Notes: generated by a model not told the origin, from the sequence alone. A stretch of 64,000 nt of DNA from an uncultured Methanosarcinales archaeon (GCA_964406185.1 CAYOQS010000004.1:72616-136615), one strand, 5' to 3'. Counted from the first letter of the stretch, positions 18,289 to 28,277 are shown. Numbers and translations: made by a program.

Positions 18289-19485
18289 ATGGTTGACCTG
18301 CCGACGCTGAGGAATACCTACATCGGTAAGAAGAAGGTTCTTGTCAGGACGGGTTTCGATGTCCCTCTTGATGATGAAGGGAGGATTCTTGATGACAGCA
18401 GGATAAGGATATCAGTCCCGACTGTCAGGTACCTTCTGGATCATGGCGCTGAGCAGGTCATTATAATGACCCATGTCGGGCGTCCTGGAGGAAAGAAAGA
18501 GGGCAGGCTTATGACTGACCGGCTTGCGGAGTGTTTTTCTGAGCTTCTGGGTGAGGATGTTACCAAGATTGAGGATCATGGCGAGAACGGCATTCCCGAT
18601 CCGAAAGTCGACAGGATAGTGATGCTGGAGAACCTGAGGTTTGACTCTAGGGAGAAGGATAAGGACCCTACGAAACGTGACGGGTTCGGGAAGCAGCTTG
18701 CAGGGCTTGCCGACATCTACGTGAATGATTCTTTCTCCACCTGTCACAGGGATCATGCTTCTATGACGAGCGTCCCTAAGTTCATACCCGGCTGTGTGGG
18801 TCTCAGCGTCGAGGAGGAGGTGTCCACGATCAGGGATGCGATGGACGGTCCTGACAGGCCTTTCGTCTCGATAATAGGGGGTGTGAAGGCTGACAAGCTG
18901 AACGCTGTCCGGAATATGCTGAAGAGGGTTGACATGCTGCTGTTGGCCGGCGCGCTGGCTTTCACCCTGCTCAAGCAGTTCGGTAAGGAGGTCGGTAAGA
19001 CCAAGGTTGATCTTGAGGGTCTTGATGGTTTTGAGGATGTGGTGCAGGAGCTGAAAGATAGCGATAAGATACTGCTTCCGATGGATTGTGTGATCGCTGA
19101 CCGTTTCGACAAGGATGCTGATTCAAGGATAGTGTCTGTGGATGATATCGATCCTGACTGGATGGCTCTGGATATAGGACCTAAGACAGTGCATGCTTTC
19201 AGGGAGGAGATAGGCAAGGCGCGGACAGTGGTGTGGAACGGACCTATCGGTGTTTTTGAGTTCGAGAGGTTCGCCAAGGGGACTGAGGAGGTCGCGCATG
19301 CTGTAGCGCATTGCGACGGGACGACTATTGTCGGCGGCGGTGATTCGGGCGCTGCTGTCGGGAAGCTGGGACTTAAGGATAGTATGACTCTTGTTTCTTC
19401 CGGCGGTGGTGCGAGCCTGCGGATGTTTGAGGGTAAGGAACTTGTCGCTTTAAAAGCGCTTGAAGGGCGGGGCGGTACTGAGTAG
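18289..19485 (+). CDS. pgk: Phosphoglycerate kinase
   Basis: LVRTGFDVPLD, HVGRPGG, NLRF, IIGGVKADK and GGGDS motifs. 398 aa. Confidence 0.93.
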   Translation: MVDLPTLRNTYIGKKKVLVRTGFDVPLDDEGRILDDSRIRISVPTVRYLLDHGAEQVIIMTHVGRPGGKKEGRLMTDRLAECFSELLGEDVTKIEDHGENGIPDPKVDRIVMLENLRFDSREKDKDPTKRDGFGKQLAGLADIYVNDSFSTCHRDHASMTSVPKFIPGCVGLSVEEEVSTIRDAMDGPDRPFVSIIGGVKADKLNAVRNMLKRVDMLLLAGALAFTLLKQFGKEVGKTKVDLEGLDGFEDVVQELKDSDKILLPMDCVIADRFDKDADSRIVSVDDIDPDWMALDIGPKTVHAFREEIGKARTVVWNGPIGVFEFERFAKGTEEVAHAVAHCDGTTIVGGGDSGAAVGKLGLKDSMTLVSSGGGASLRMFEGKELVALKALEGRGGTE

Positions 19486-19529
19486 AAAGCTATAAAAAGC
19501 GTGTTGCGCATAAGGTCTGCTGTGAGGAT

Positions 19530-20492
19530 ATGACTTCAAAAAAGGGGAAGAAAGGCAAGAAGAGATACGATGTGATTTCTGTCGGTTCTGCTACTATAGA
19601 TTGTTTTGTGAACCTGCCTGGTGGTTTCGGTAAGATTAGGCCGGGCAGCAAGATACTGATAGACAGCATAAGCCTTCTGACAGGGGGAGGGGGTACGAAT
19701 GTCGCTGTCGGGCTGAAGCGGCTTGGCATGAAGGTGGGCTACATCGGTGAGGTGGGTGATGACCATTCCGCCCACATAATCCGGAAGGAGCTTGAGGAGG
19801 AAGGTGTTGACTTCCTGGTGAAGCAGCACAGCAGGCATGAGACCGCATACTCTGTGATCCTTGAACCGAAGGGGAAGGACAGGGCGATCCTCGTATACAA
19901 GGGGGCGGCGAGCTATCTGCATCGGGAGGAGGTGCGTGACATCAACAAGTCTGCTGATTGGTTCTATTTCGCGAGCGTTATAGGCAGCTCTCTGAAGACG
20001 ATGTACTCTCTCGCGAACCATGCGAAGAAGAACAGGATAAAGGTCTTCTTCAACCCGAGCTCTTACATGATCGAAAAGCGCAAGAAGGAGATGGAGAAGT
20101 TGCTTTCTGTCGCGACCATACTTTCCGTGAACAAGGAGGAGGCGCAGAAGCTTGTGAAGAGCCGTTCTGACGATCCGAAGAGATTGCTTGAGAAGATGTT
20201 CAGCAGGGCTTCATGTATCTGCATCATCACTGACGGGAAGAGAGGTGCTTATGTCTATGACGGTGAGAATTTCATCCACAGGAAGGCGCGCAAGGTCAAG
20301 ACTGTCGATACCACCGGAGCTGGCGACTCTTTCAATGCAGGCTTCCTGGCAGGGTACCTTCAGAGGGAGGACTTCTCACGTAAGAAGCGTCTTGAGCGGG
20401 CGTTGAGGTCCGGGCTGTACAATGCAGAGTCTGTGATCAGGCATGTGGGTGCGAAGGAGGGACTGCTTACCCGGAGGAAGATGCCTGGGTGA
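19530..20492 (+). CDS. PfkB/ribokinase-family sugar (phosphate) kinase, candidate phosphofructokinase
   Basis: The N-terminal GSATIDCF...GGGGTNVA and the C-terminal DTTGAGDSFNAGFLAG are PfkB signatures. Substrate is inferred only from its position between pgk and fba. Confidence 0.8.
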   Translation: MTSKKGKKGKKRYDVISVGSATIDCFVNLPGGFGKIRPGSKILIDSISLLTGGGGTNVAVGLKRLGMKVGYIGEVGDDHSAHIIRKELEEEGVDFLVKQHSRHETAYSVILEPKGKDRAILVYKGAASYLHREEVRDINKSADWFYFASVIGSSLKTMYSLANHAKKNRIKVFFNPSSYMIEKRKKEMEKLLSVATILSVNKEEAQKLVKSRSDDPKRLLEKMFSRASCICIITDGKRGAYVYDGENFIHRKARKVKTVDTTGAGDSFNAGFLAGYLQREDFSRKKRLERALRSGLYNAESVIRHVGAKEGLLTRRKMPG

Positions 20493-20555
20493 ACGTCAAG
20501 GCAGTCCGTGAATAAAAAAGCGTGAAAAAAATAAGTGATGAGGTGTTCATTGAAG

Positions 20556-21476
20556 ATGCTGGTCTCAAACAAGAAACTTCAGTCAAATGCCCTGAAGGGC
20601 AGGTATGCTGTGGGAGCTTTCAACGTGTATGACATGGAGTCTGTGCAGTCTGTCGTGCAGGCTGCTGAGATTGAGAAGTCCCCTGCGATCATCGCTACGA
20701 CTGAGGGCGCTATCGAGTACGCTGGGCTCGGGTTCATCGCCAGGATCATAGAGTTGGCTACAAAGAAGTCCAAGGTGACGTATTCGATGCATCTCGATCA
20801 TGGGGAGAGCATGGACACTATCCGGAAGTGTATACGGATGGGATACACGTCGGTGATGATCGACGCGTCGCACAAGCCGTTCAAGGAGAACATCAGGACC
20901 ACTAAGCAGGTGGTCAGCTTCGCTCACAGGAAGGGTGTGTCTGTCGAGGCTGAGCTTGGAACTATCGGCGGGGTGGAGGATTCTGTCTCGACGAGGAAGA
21001 TACTGCTCACAGAACCTGAGGACGCAAAGGAGTTTGTGGAGAAGACTGGCTGCGACACGCTTGCCGTGGCCATCGGCACCAGCCATGGCGCTTACAAGTT
21101 CAAGGGAAAGTCTAAGCTGGATATTGATAGGCTGAAGGATATCAATAAGGTGGTGAAGGTGCCTCTGGTGCTTCACGGCGCTTCTGGCATCCCACAGTGG
21201 GTGGTGAAGAAGGCGACTCGTTTCGGTGCTGTGCTGGGCAACCCTCATGGTGTGGCGCCGGATGACATTAAAGCCGCTGTTAGGAACGGCATCACGAAGG
21301 TCAACATAGACTCTGACCTGCGCCTGACTTTTGACGCTACCGTCCGTGAGGTGCTGAAGAAGAAGCCTAAGGTGTTCGACCCGCGCAAGATACTCGGTCC
21401 GGCGAGGGAGGCCGTGACTGATATGGTGCGTTACAAGATGCAGCTGTTCGGCTCTTCCGGCAAGGCAAAGAGATAA
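20556..21476 (+). CDS. fba: Class II fructose-1,6-bisphosphate aldolase
   Basis: YAVGAFNV, HLDHG, GTSHGAYKF and VLHGASG. The start was moved to the ATG at 20556 (MLVSNKKL), which matches typical class II N-termini. Confidence 0.9.
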   Translation: MLVSNKKLQSNALKGRYAVGAFNVYDMESVQSVVQAAEIEKSPAIIATTEGAIEYAGLGFIARIIELATKKSKVTYSMHLDHGESMDTIRKCIRMGYTSVMIDASHKPFKENIRTTKQVVSFAHRKGVSVEAELGTIGGVEDSVSTRKILLTEPEDAKEFVEKTGCDTLAVAIGTSHGAYKFKGKSKLDIDRLKDINKVVKVPLVLHGASGIPQWVVKKATRFGAVLGNPHGVAPDDIKAAVRNGITKVNIDSDLRLTFDATVREVLKKKPKVFDPRKILGPAREAVTDMVRYKMQLFGSSGKAKR

Positions 21477-21534
21477 TTTATGGTATCGAGATAAGCCAAG
21501 ATTAAGAGGTGAAGCAGGACGCGGCTTAAAATCG

Positions 21535-22218
21535 ATGGTGGATGAAATGGCGATAGTGGTGATAAATTTCAAGACGTATGAGAAGGCGACCGGGGAGCGC
21601 GCTGTCACTCTTGCAAAGGCCTGTGAGAAGGTTGCGAAGGACACGAAGACTGAAGTGATTATAGCTGTGCAGAACGTGGATCTTTTCCATGTTTCAAGTG
21701 AGGTGTCCATCCCTGTTTTCGCTGAGCACATTGACCCTGTCAAGTACGGCTCCAACACTGGTAAGGATCTTGCAGAGGCGCTTGTCGATAACGGGGCGAG
21801 CGGCGTGCTTATCAACCATTCTGAGGACAAGGATGAGCTTGTGGATATCGAGGGGAGCATCGCACGTGCGAAGGATGTCGGTCTTCAGACCATCGTGTGC
21901 GCCCCGACTGCCAGGTCAAGTGAGGCGATGGCCGCTTTCGGCCCTGATTTTGTGGCTGTCGAGCCGCCTGAGCTCATCGGTGGTGATGTCTCTGTCTCGA
22001 AGGCAGAGCCTGAACTGATATCTGAGACCGTGAAGCGGGTGCATGAGGTTGACAGGCGCATACCTGTGCTCTGCGGTGCTGGCATAAAGGATGGTGAGGA
22101 CGTGAAGATAGCTATAGAGCTTGGCTGCGAAGGCATCCTGGTGGCGTCGGGCGTCACGAAGGCGGATGACCCTGAGAAAGCGCTGCGTGATCTCATAAGC
22201 GGCATCCCCGGCAGCTGA
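21535..22218 (+). CDS. tpiA: Triosephosphate isomerase (short archaeal type)
   Basis: VVINFKTYEKATG, LINHSE, AVEPPELIGG and CGAGI. 227 aa. Confidence 0.9.
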   Translation: MVDEMAIVVINFKTYEKATGERAVTLAKACEKVAKDTKTEVIIAVQNVDLFHVSSEVSIPVFAEHIDPVKYGSNTGKDLAEALVDNGASGVLINHSEDKDELVDIEGSIARAKDVGLQTIVCAPTARSSEAMAAFGPDFVAVEPPELIGGDVSVSKAEPELISETVKRVHEVDRRIPVLCGAGIKDGEDVKIAIELGCEGILVASGVTKADDPEKALRDLISGIPGS

Positions 22219-22253
22219 TTGGCCTGATCATTGTATTTTACAGGTGATTTTTT

Positions 22254-23462
22254 ATGTTGAACATCGATATTTCGCATATGAGGATAAGGAGATATTCTTC
22301 GCTCAAGTCCCGGCTGGCAAAGTTGCATAAGAGAGAGGTTCCGGTTTTCCAGAATTACAGGGAGGACATAGAGAGTATCAGGGAAGTGGTGAAGAGGTAC
22401 GGAAAGTACAGGAACCTGATAGTGATAGGGAATGGCGGCTCGAACACGTCCTTCAAGGCTTTTCATAGGGCGTTGGTTCCTCTCGATAACAAGAAGGGTT
22501 CGTTCATCCTGACGACTATGGAGCCTGACCTTCTTAATGAGCTGAAGAAGGTTTTTCCTAAGAGGAATACTCTGGTCATGCCTGTGAGCAAGTCGGGCAC
22601 GACTGTGGGTGTGATCGAGTCCATGCTCGCTTTCGATGGTTACAGGATGCTTCCGGTCACAAGCCAGGGGGAGGGTGCCCTTTCAGTTATCGCTGATAAG
22701 AACGGTTTTGACCTGATACCTCATCCTCCTGTGGGCGGGCGGTTCTCTGGCCTTACCGCTTCTGCTTTCGCGCCTTCTTTGTTCTTCGGTATCGATGTAG
22801 AGGCTATAGACAGGGGCGCGCGGAGCATGTATGGGAAGTGCGAGCCTTCTGTGCATATAGATCGGAACCCTGCACTGCAGCTTGCCGCTTCCCTTTTCCT
22901 GCTGGACAAAAAGGGTTATGATGAGATATTCTGCCCGATATATTCGCAGAGGATGGCAGGTTTCCAGAATCTCATAGTGCAGCTTATGCATGAGACCGTG
23001 GGGAAGAAGAGGAAGGGCCAGACGATTTTCTGCGCTGACGCTCCTGAGTCGCAGCACCATACGAACCAGCGTTTCTTCGGGGGGAAGAAGAACGTGTGCG
23101 GTGTGTTCGTGAGCGTCGAGAACCAGGAGGATTCTGACTCCAAGGTGAAGGTCCCGCCTGAGATCCGGCGGATCAAGGAGCGTGACGGGCGTATAGGTGA
23201 CATCAACGGCGTGCCTTACTGCAAGGCGCTGGAGTTCGAGTTCCGCGGAACTTATCAGGACGCGATAGATAAGAAGATTCCTGTTGCGCATATCGAGCTG
23301 GACAGGGTGACTCCCTTCAGCGTTGGTGAGTTCATCGCTTTCTGGCATTACGTGGCGGTGTACAGCGCGTGGCTCCGCGACCTTGACGCTTTCGACCAGC
23401 CTCAGGTAGAGTCTTCCAAGGAGATGAGTTTTGAGTTGAGGAAGAAGCACAAGAGCTTATGA
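22254..23462 (+). CDS. pgi: Glucose-6-phosphate isomerase (short ~400-aa PGI type)
   Basis: SIS-type motifs: LIVIGNGGSNTSFKAF, VSKSGTTVG, GGRFS. Size matches the ~400-aa archaeal PGIs. Confidence 0.8.
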   Translation: MLNIDISHMRIRRYSSLKSRLAKLHKREVPVFQNYREDIESIREVVKRYGKYRNLIVIGNGGSNTSFKAFHRALVPLDNKKGSFILTTMEPDLLNELKKVFPKRNTLVMPVSKSGTTVGVIESMLAFDGYRMLPVTSQGEGALSVIADKNGFDLIPHPPVGGRFSGLTASAFAPSLFFGIDVEAIDRGARSMYGKCEPSVHIDRNPALQLAASLFLLDKKGYDEIFCPIYSQRMAGFQNLIVQLMHETVGKKRKGQTIFCADAPESQHHTNQRFFGGKKNVCGVFVSVENQEDSDSKVKVPPEIRRIKERDGRIGDINGVPYCKALEFEFRGTYQDAIDKKIPVAHIELDRVTPFSVGEFIAFWHYVAVYSAWLRDLDAFDQPQVESSKEMSFELRKKHKSL

Positions 23463-23501
23463 TAGACCTGAAGCAGGCTTGGACATCGGCTTAGAAAGTG
23501 T

Positions 23502-24788
23502 TTATCTCTCCCAATTGACCCTGAGGAAGTGGGCTGAGCATGAGAAGCATGGGTCGTATGCCCTTATGAGTTTCTCTATCTCGAGGATGATTTTCTTTTC
23601 CGGAAGCTTGATGATGCTCGGCAGGTATTCGCGTATGTCTTCCTGCATGTTGAGCAGGTTCTGGCATGTGGGTGTTATGATGTTCGCTTTTGTTATGTCT
23701 CCTTTCTCGTTGATCTCGTAGTCGTGTATTAGTATTCCTCTTGGCGCCTCACCTATCCCCACGCCTCTGGACTTCCTGAATTTCAGTTCTTTGGGGTGTA
23801 TGGGCTCCTCTTCCTCAACCTTGAGTTTCCTGCATATCTCTATTGCCCTGTCTACGGTGTGGACGAGCTCTATCGCCTGGGCGAAGTTGTTCAGGAAGGG
23901 GTTGGTGAGAGGAAGCTTGTGTTTGGAGTCGTTGAGCAGCTTCTTCGCGTTCTTTGACAGGTATCTGTGGTTGTTGTTGAGCCTTGCCATGGAGCCGACC
24001 ATGTATCTCTTGTCTTTCTTGACCACGAAGTTGGCTGTGGAGTATGGCTCGTGGTATTCTTCAAGGTAGTCCTTGTATTCGTCTCTCCTGAAATCGTTGG
24101 ATTGTGACTTCAGGTCGCCGTAGAGCGTGGGCACTGTCTCTCCGTCGTGGAGTGAGAAGTATTCTGTCTCGCTCTCGAACTTTGGGTTCTTGAGCTTTGC
24201 GAATAGCCGTGCTGTGGCGATCGTGTCTGTTTGCGCGTCCTGCAGGTTCCTTCTCAGGTTGTCTATGTCTTCCTGTGATGGTATCCTGAGCATGCCCCCT
24301 ACCTGTGTCGAGACAGGGTGCATGTCTCTTCCCGCGACCTGGTGTATGAGTTCGTTGCCGAGCTTTGTGAGCTTGAGCGCCCTTGCGAGCTCTTTCTTGT
24401 ACTTGGAGGCCATGGCAAAGGCTGATTCGTATCCCATGTAGTCAGGCAGTGCAAGGAAGTAGAGGTGTGTCGCGTGGCTCCTTATCCTCTCGCCGAGTAT
24501 TGTCAGCTCTCTCAACATGTTTGTCTGTTCTGTGGGCTTTATCCCGAGTGCGGATTCGACTGCCTGTATAGATGTTATGTAGTGTATGCAGCTGCATATG
24601 CCGCATATCCTGGAGGTCATCTCAGGGGCTTCGTAGCATTTCCTTCCTTTTATGAGCCCTTCAAAGTATCTTGATCCTTCTATAGATCCAAGTTCGCATT
24701 TCTTTACCTCCCCACCTTCTATGGATAGGGTGAGGTTTGCGTGGCCTTCTATCTTTGTTATGTGTTCGAGCTTGATCGTCTTTGTCAT
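23502..24788 (-). CDS. hydA: [NiFe] hydrogenase large (alpha) subunit, group 3b-like operon
   Basis: The N-terminal RICGICSCIH and the C-terminal DPCFSCSAH are Ni-binding motifs, followed by an 8-aa tail (FLRVNWER) that would fit endopeptidase processing. Last gene of a beta-gamma-delta-alpha operon. Confidence 0.9.
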   Translation of the reverse strand: MTKTIKLEHITKIEGHANLTLSIEGGEVKKCELGSIEGSRYFEGLIKGRKCYEAPEMTSRICGICSCIHYITSIQAVESALGIKPTEQTNMLRELTILGERIRSHATHLYFLALPDYMGYESAFAMASKYKKELARALKLTKLGNELIHQVAGRDMHPVSTQVGGMLRIPSQEDIDNLRRNLQDAQTDTIATARLFAKLKNPKFESETEYFSLHDGETVPTLYGDLKSQSNDFRRDEYKDYLEEYHEPYSTANFVVKKDKRYMVGSMARLNNNHRYLSKNAKKLLNDSKHKLPLTNPFLNNFAQAIELVHTVDRAIEICRKLKVEEEEPIHPKELKFRKSRGVGIGEAPRGILIHDYEINEKGDITKANIITPTCQNLLNMQEDIREYLPSIIKLPEKKIILEIEKLIRAYDPCFSCSAHFLRVNWER

Positions 24789-26344
24789 TTTCTCGCTGTC
24801 TTTGTCATGTTTCTTCTGAGCCGTCCTTTGAGGCTTTTCAGGAATGATCCTGATTGTTTTTTGGGTGCTGTTTTATTTTTTGACCCTGCCTTCTTCTTGG
24901 GCCTGTTCTTTGCGTTCTTCTTTTGGGGCGAGTTCTTTTGGGGTCTTGATTTCTTCTTTGGAGCTGTTTTCTTTCTTGCCTTTTTTGTCTTCATCCCGCT
25001 CCTGGCTGCTGAACTCTTGTTGCGTTCATTTTTTGCCGAAGGACTTTTCTTTACCTTTCCTATTGATGGTTTCGTCGTCTTTTTATTTTTATTTTTTGCA
25101 GTTTTCTTCGGCGCTTTCTTCGGCTTTGGTCTTTTGGCGGCTTTTTTCTTTTTCGTCTTGGCCTTCTTCTTCACTTTCTTCTTGGCCTTCTTGACCTTCT
25201 TCTTAGCCTTCTTTGTGGCTTTCTTGGCCTTCTTCTTCACTTTCTTCCCGGCCTTGCTGACCTTCTTCTTGGGCTTCTTTGTCTGCTTCTTTTTATTTTT
25301 AGGTTTCTTCTTTGTCTTTTTCTTCGCCTTCGGTGTCTTCTTAGGCTTCTTCTTTGGTTTTTTCCTCTTTATCTTTCTGGGCTTGACTGTCTTAAGTATC
25401 GGCTTTTCCATCTGCATTCCGACGAATGTCCTCATCCTCTTGCGTATGTGGTCTTTGGTGTATCCTTTCTGCTCTAGAAGTTTTACCATCAGAGGTATGT
25501 TGGCGTCCGGTGTGGATCCTCTGCAGCCCCAGCACTCGAATCCGCCGTTGGTGCAGATTGCGTTGCAGCCCCCCCGGGTTATGGGTCCGAGGCACATCTT
25601 GTTGTCGTCAAGAAGGCACCTGTTCTCATTGAGCCTGCACTCGACGCATACTGGTCTGTCATAATCATAGGGATTCTTTCCGAGGAGAAGGTCTTTTATG
25701 AATGATGATATCTGCTGCTTGTCCGGAGGGCAGCCGGGCAGGTAATAATCGACCTTGACGTGTTCGTTTATCGGCGTTGCCGGCTGGTCTGCTATCTCCT
25801 TTATCTTCTCGTATACCTGTGATGAGTATTTGGATGTCTCTATGAAGTTCCTGTATGCTGGTACGCAGCCGGTGCACGCGCATGCGCCGAGAGCTACCAG
25901 TATCTTTGATTTGTCCCTGACTTCCTTGAGCACTTCAAGATCATCATTGCTCGCCACGAGGCCTTCGACAAAGGCTATGTCGAGCGTCCTGTCCTCTTTC
26001 CTGTCCTTGACAAACCTGAATGCTTTGATGTCTATGTGCTTAGCAAGATGGAGCAGTTCGTCCTCGTTGAACACAAAGCTAAGAAGGCAGCCGTTGCACC
26101 CTGTGAGGTCGTAGAATCCGACACCGGGTCTGTCGTTGCTGCCTTTCTGGCCTGGCCGGGTCTTTGCCTTCTTGGTTTTTACTTGTTTGGCAGGGCTCTT
26201 TTTGCGGCTCTTCCTCACATCCTTGCTGCTGTCCCTGCTGCTGTCCTTGATGCCATCCCTGCTGCCGCTCTTTTTTCCATTTTTGGCGCCTTTCTTTTTC
26301 GCAGCTTTTTTTCCGGTATTCTTGTTTGACTTCTTGTTTGCCAT
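24785..26344 (-). CDS. hydD: [NiFe] hydrogenase small (delta) subunit with ~70-aa N-terminal and ~200-aa C-terminal poly-lysine extensions
   Basis: The core (residues ~72-315) has TGCNGC, ALGACACTGCVP, GCPP and GGCNAICTNGGFECWGCRG Fe-S motifs. It is colinear with the 273-aa paralogue at 36170-36991. The stop overlaps the hydA start (ATGA at 24785-24788). Confidence 0.85.
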   Translation of the reverse strand: MANKKSNKNTGKKAAKKKGAKNGKKSGSRDGIKDSSRDSSKDVRKSRKKSPAKQVKTKKAKTRPGQKGSNDRPGVGFYDLTGCNGCLLSFVFNEDELLHLAKHIDIKAFRFVKDRKEDRTLDIAFVEGLVASNDDLEVLKEVRDKSKILVALGACACTGCVPAYRNFIETSKYSSQVYEKIKEIADQPATPINEHVKVDYYLPGCPPDKQQISSFIKDLLLGKNPYDYDRPVCVECRLNENRCLLDDNKMCLGPITRGGCNAICTNGGFECWGCRGSTPDANIPLMVKLLEQKGYTKDHIRKRMRTFVGMQMEKPILKTVKPRKIKRKKPKKKPKKTPKAKKKTKKKPKNKKKQTKKPKKKVSKAGKKVKKKAKKATKKAKKKVKKAKKKVKKKAKTKKKKAAKRPKPKKAPKKTAKNKNKKTTKPSIGKVKKSPSAKNERNKSSAARSGMKTKKARKKTAPKKKSRPQKNSPQKKNAKNRPKKKAGSKNKTAPKKQSGSFLKSLKGRLRRNMTKTARK

Positions 26345-26369
26345 GTTATTTTGACCTTGTTCAGCCTGC

Positions 26370-27209
26370 TCAGTCGTTCTTGTATTTGCTGATCTCGTCG
26401 TAGCGGAATACCGGCCCGTCGAGGCAGGTGTATTTTCCGTGTATCATGCAGTGGCCGCAGAGACCTAGGGCGCAGTGCATGAGGCGTTCCGTGCTTATGT
26501 ATATCTGATCTTCCTTGAAACCCTTGTTCTTGAGTATACCTATCGTGATCTTCATCATTATCGGCGGTCCGCAGATGAACACTATCTTGTTCTCCGGGTT
26601 GAGCTTCGCCTTCTCCACCAGGTTTGTGACGAAGCAGACGTCGCAGGATGTCTTGACGTGTTTTGGGTTCTTGTCGACGCTGACATTGACATCGTACTTC
26701 CTTTTCCATTGGCGGATATCTTCCTTGAAAAGGATGTCTTCAGGCGTGCGGAAGCCGAAGTACGCCTTGACCTCTGTGAAGCGGTCCTTGTTCTTGTCGA
26801 CATATGCGAGTATCCCTTTGAGCGGTGCGACTCCGCTGCCTCCTCCGATGAGTATCAGGCTCTTGCCTGCAAACTTGTCCATAGGGTATCCGTTGCCGTA
26901 AGGGCCTCTTATGTATAATGTGTCCCCTTTCCTGAGGTTTGCAAGATGGTTGGTGACGTTCCCTACCTCGCGTATGTTCAGGTCGAGATGGTCTTCAGAG
27001 AAAGAAGCGACCGATATCGGCGCTTCGCCTATGCCTGGTATGGATACCTGGAAGAACTGTCCTGGCTGGTAGCTGCCTTTGTGGTCTGTGCGGAGGAGGA
27101 AGCAGTCCGGGCTTTCCCTCTTGTACCCTGTGATCTTAACCTGCTTTGGGAGATATGGGTTGTGCGGCTTGGCTTCCGGCTCTTCGCGTCTTGTTTTTGT
27201 CCTTGGCAT
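26370..27209 (-). CDS. hydG: Hydrogenase gamma subunit (FAD/NAD(P)-binding, 2Fe-2S; PyrK/FNR-like)
   Basis: GQFFQVSIPG, IGGGSGVAPL and the C-terminal CALGLCGHCMIHGKYTCLDGPVF cluster. Confidence 0.85.
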   Translation of the reverse strand: MPRTKTRREEPEAKPHNPYLPKQVKITGYKRESPDCFLLRTDHKGSYQPGQFFQVSIPGIGEAPISVASFSEDHLDLNIREVGNVTNHLANLRKGDTLYIRGPYGNGYPMDKFAGKSLILIGGGSGVAPLKGILAYVDKNKDRFTEVKAYFGFRTPEDILFKEDIRQWKRKYDVNVSVDKNPKHVKTSCDVCFVTNLVEKAKLNPENKIVFICGPPIMMKITIGILKNKGFKEDQIYISTERLMHCALGLCGHCMIHGKYTCLDGPVFRYDEISKYKND

Positions 27210-27277
27210 TTTAGGTTTGTTATCCTTTCTTGTTTCTTATCCTTCCACAGTTATTACAGTCCATGGTTATTATCCTT

Positions 27278-28252
27278 TTATTCTTCTTCAGGCATGTCGT
27301 TGAGTATCTGGACCCAGTTTATCCTTGTCGGGCAGCCTCTTATGCATCTTCCGCATCCTGTGCAGAGGTTCATCCCGTGCCTTTCCTTGAAGTACTGGAT
27401 CTGGTGGTATATCCTGTGCTTGAACCTGTCCTCACGGGTCTCGCGGAAGATGTGGCCTCCCGCCACTTTCGTGAAGCATTGGAGCTGGCATGATGCCCAG
27501 TTCCTTCTTCTCTCGAAGGTATTAAGTTCAGCGTCTGCCTTGTCGTAAAGGTCGAAACAGTAGCAGCTGGGGCATAGCGTGACGCATGCTGCGCAGCTGA
27601 AGCATATGTCGACCCCTTTTTTCCAGTCAGGATGGTCGTAGTAAGGCGCTATATCCCTCTTGTTGAGCTGGAGATGTGTCTCTATCCTCCTGTCCTCTGG
27701 CCTGAGGAACTGGTCCGTGTCCCAGAAGTACTTTCTGTACCTCTCGACGAAGTTTCGCCCCCTCTCTGATCCTATCTCGACGAGGTACGCGTCTTCCTTG
27801 TCGTAGAGCATGAGGTCGTAGAAGTCTCCCAGGTCCATCGAGCTGCAGAAGCAGTAATCGTCGTAGGGTTCCTTGCAGTGCAGGCCTATCAGAACTGTCC
27901 TGTCCCGTTCTTCTTTGTAGTACGGGTCGTGTATCTCCTTCAGGAACATTATGTCCTGCCTTTTTATGCTGTTGAGGTCGCATCTCTTGAGCCCTATCAT
28001 CACTCTCTGTTTCTTTTCTGTATGCAGCTCCGGCTTGATGTGCTTCCCGTTCTCTGTCCTGAAAAGCAGCTGGCTTTTCTTGAAGAAGAACTTCTTTGCG
28101 GGAAAGTAGGCGTGGAGGTCAAGCTGTATAAGTGAAAGGTCCTTTATCTGCTCGAACCTGGACTCCTTTTCCTGGACCGGCGCGACTAGCTCGTTGTACC
28201 TCATTACATCTGTCAAGAAATCATTGAATGACGACTTGTTGATCTTCAGCAT
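27278..28252 (-). CDS. hydB: Hydrogenase beta subunit (4Fe-4S protein, AsrA-like)
   Basis: CFSCAACVTLCPSCYC and CTGCGRCIRGCP ferredoxin-type motifs. First gene of the hydBGDA-order operon. Confidence 0.85.
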   Translation of the reverse strand: MLKINKSSFNDFLTDVMRYNELVAPVQEKESRFEQIKDLSLIQLDLHAYFPAKKFFFKKSQLLFRTENGKHIKPELHTEKKQRVMIGLKRCDLNSIKRQDIMFLKEIHDPYYKEERDRTVLIGLHCKEPYDDYCFCSSMDLGDFYDLMLYDKEDAYLVEIGSERGRNFVERYRKYFWDTDQFLRPEDRRIETHLQLNKRDIAPYYDHPDWKKGVDICFSCAACVTLCPSCYCFDLYDKADAELNTFERRRNWASCQLQCFTKVAGGHIFRETREDRFKHRIYHQIQYFKERHGMNLCTGCGRCIRGCPTRINWVQILNDMPEEE

Positions 28253-28277
28253 TCATACCACTTCTGGTAAATGAGGC

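Noticed and set aside
24741-25664. 307-aa Phe/Leu-rich plus-strand ORF that looks like a polytopic membrane protein.
   Set aside because: It is the antisense reading of the poly-Lys (AAG/AAA) tract of the hydrogenase small subunit: TTT and CTT codons give poly-Phe/Leu. The minus-strand frame is continuous with conserved Fe-S motifs and is translationally coupled to hydA.
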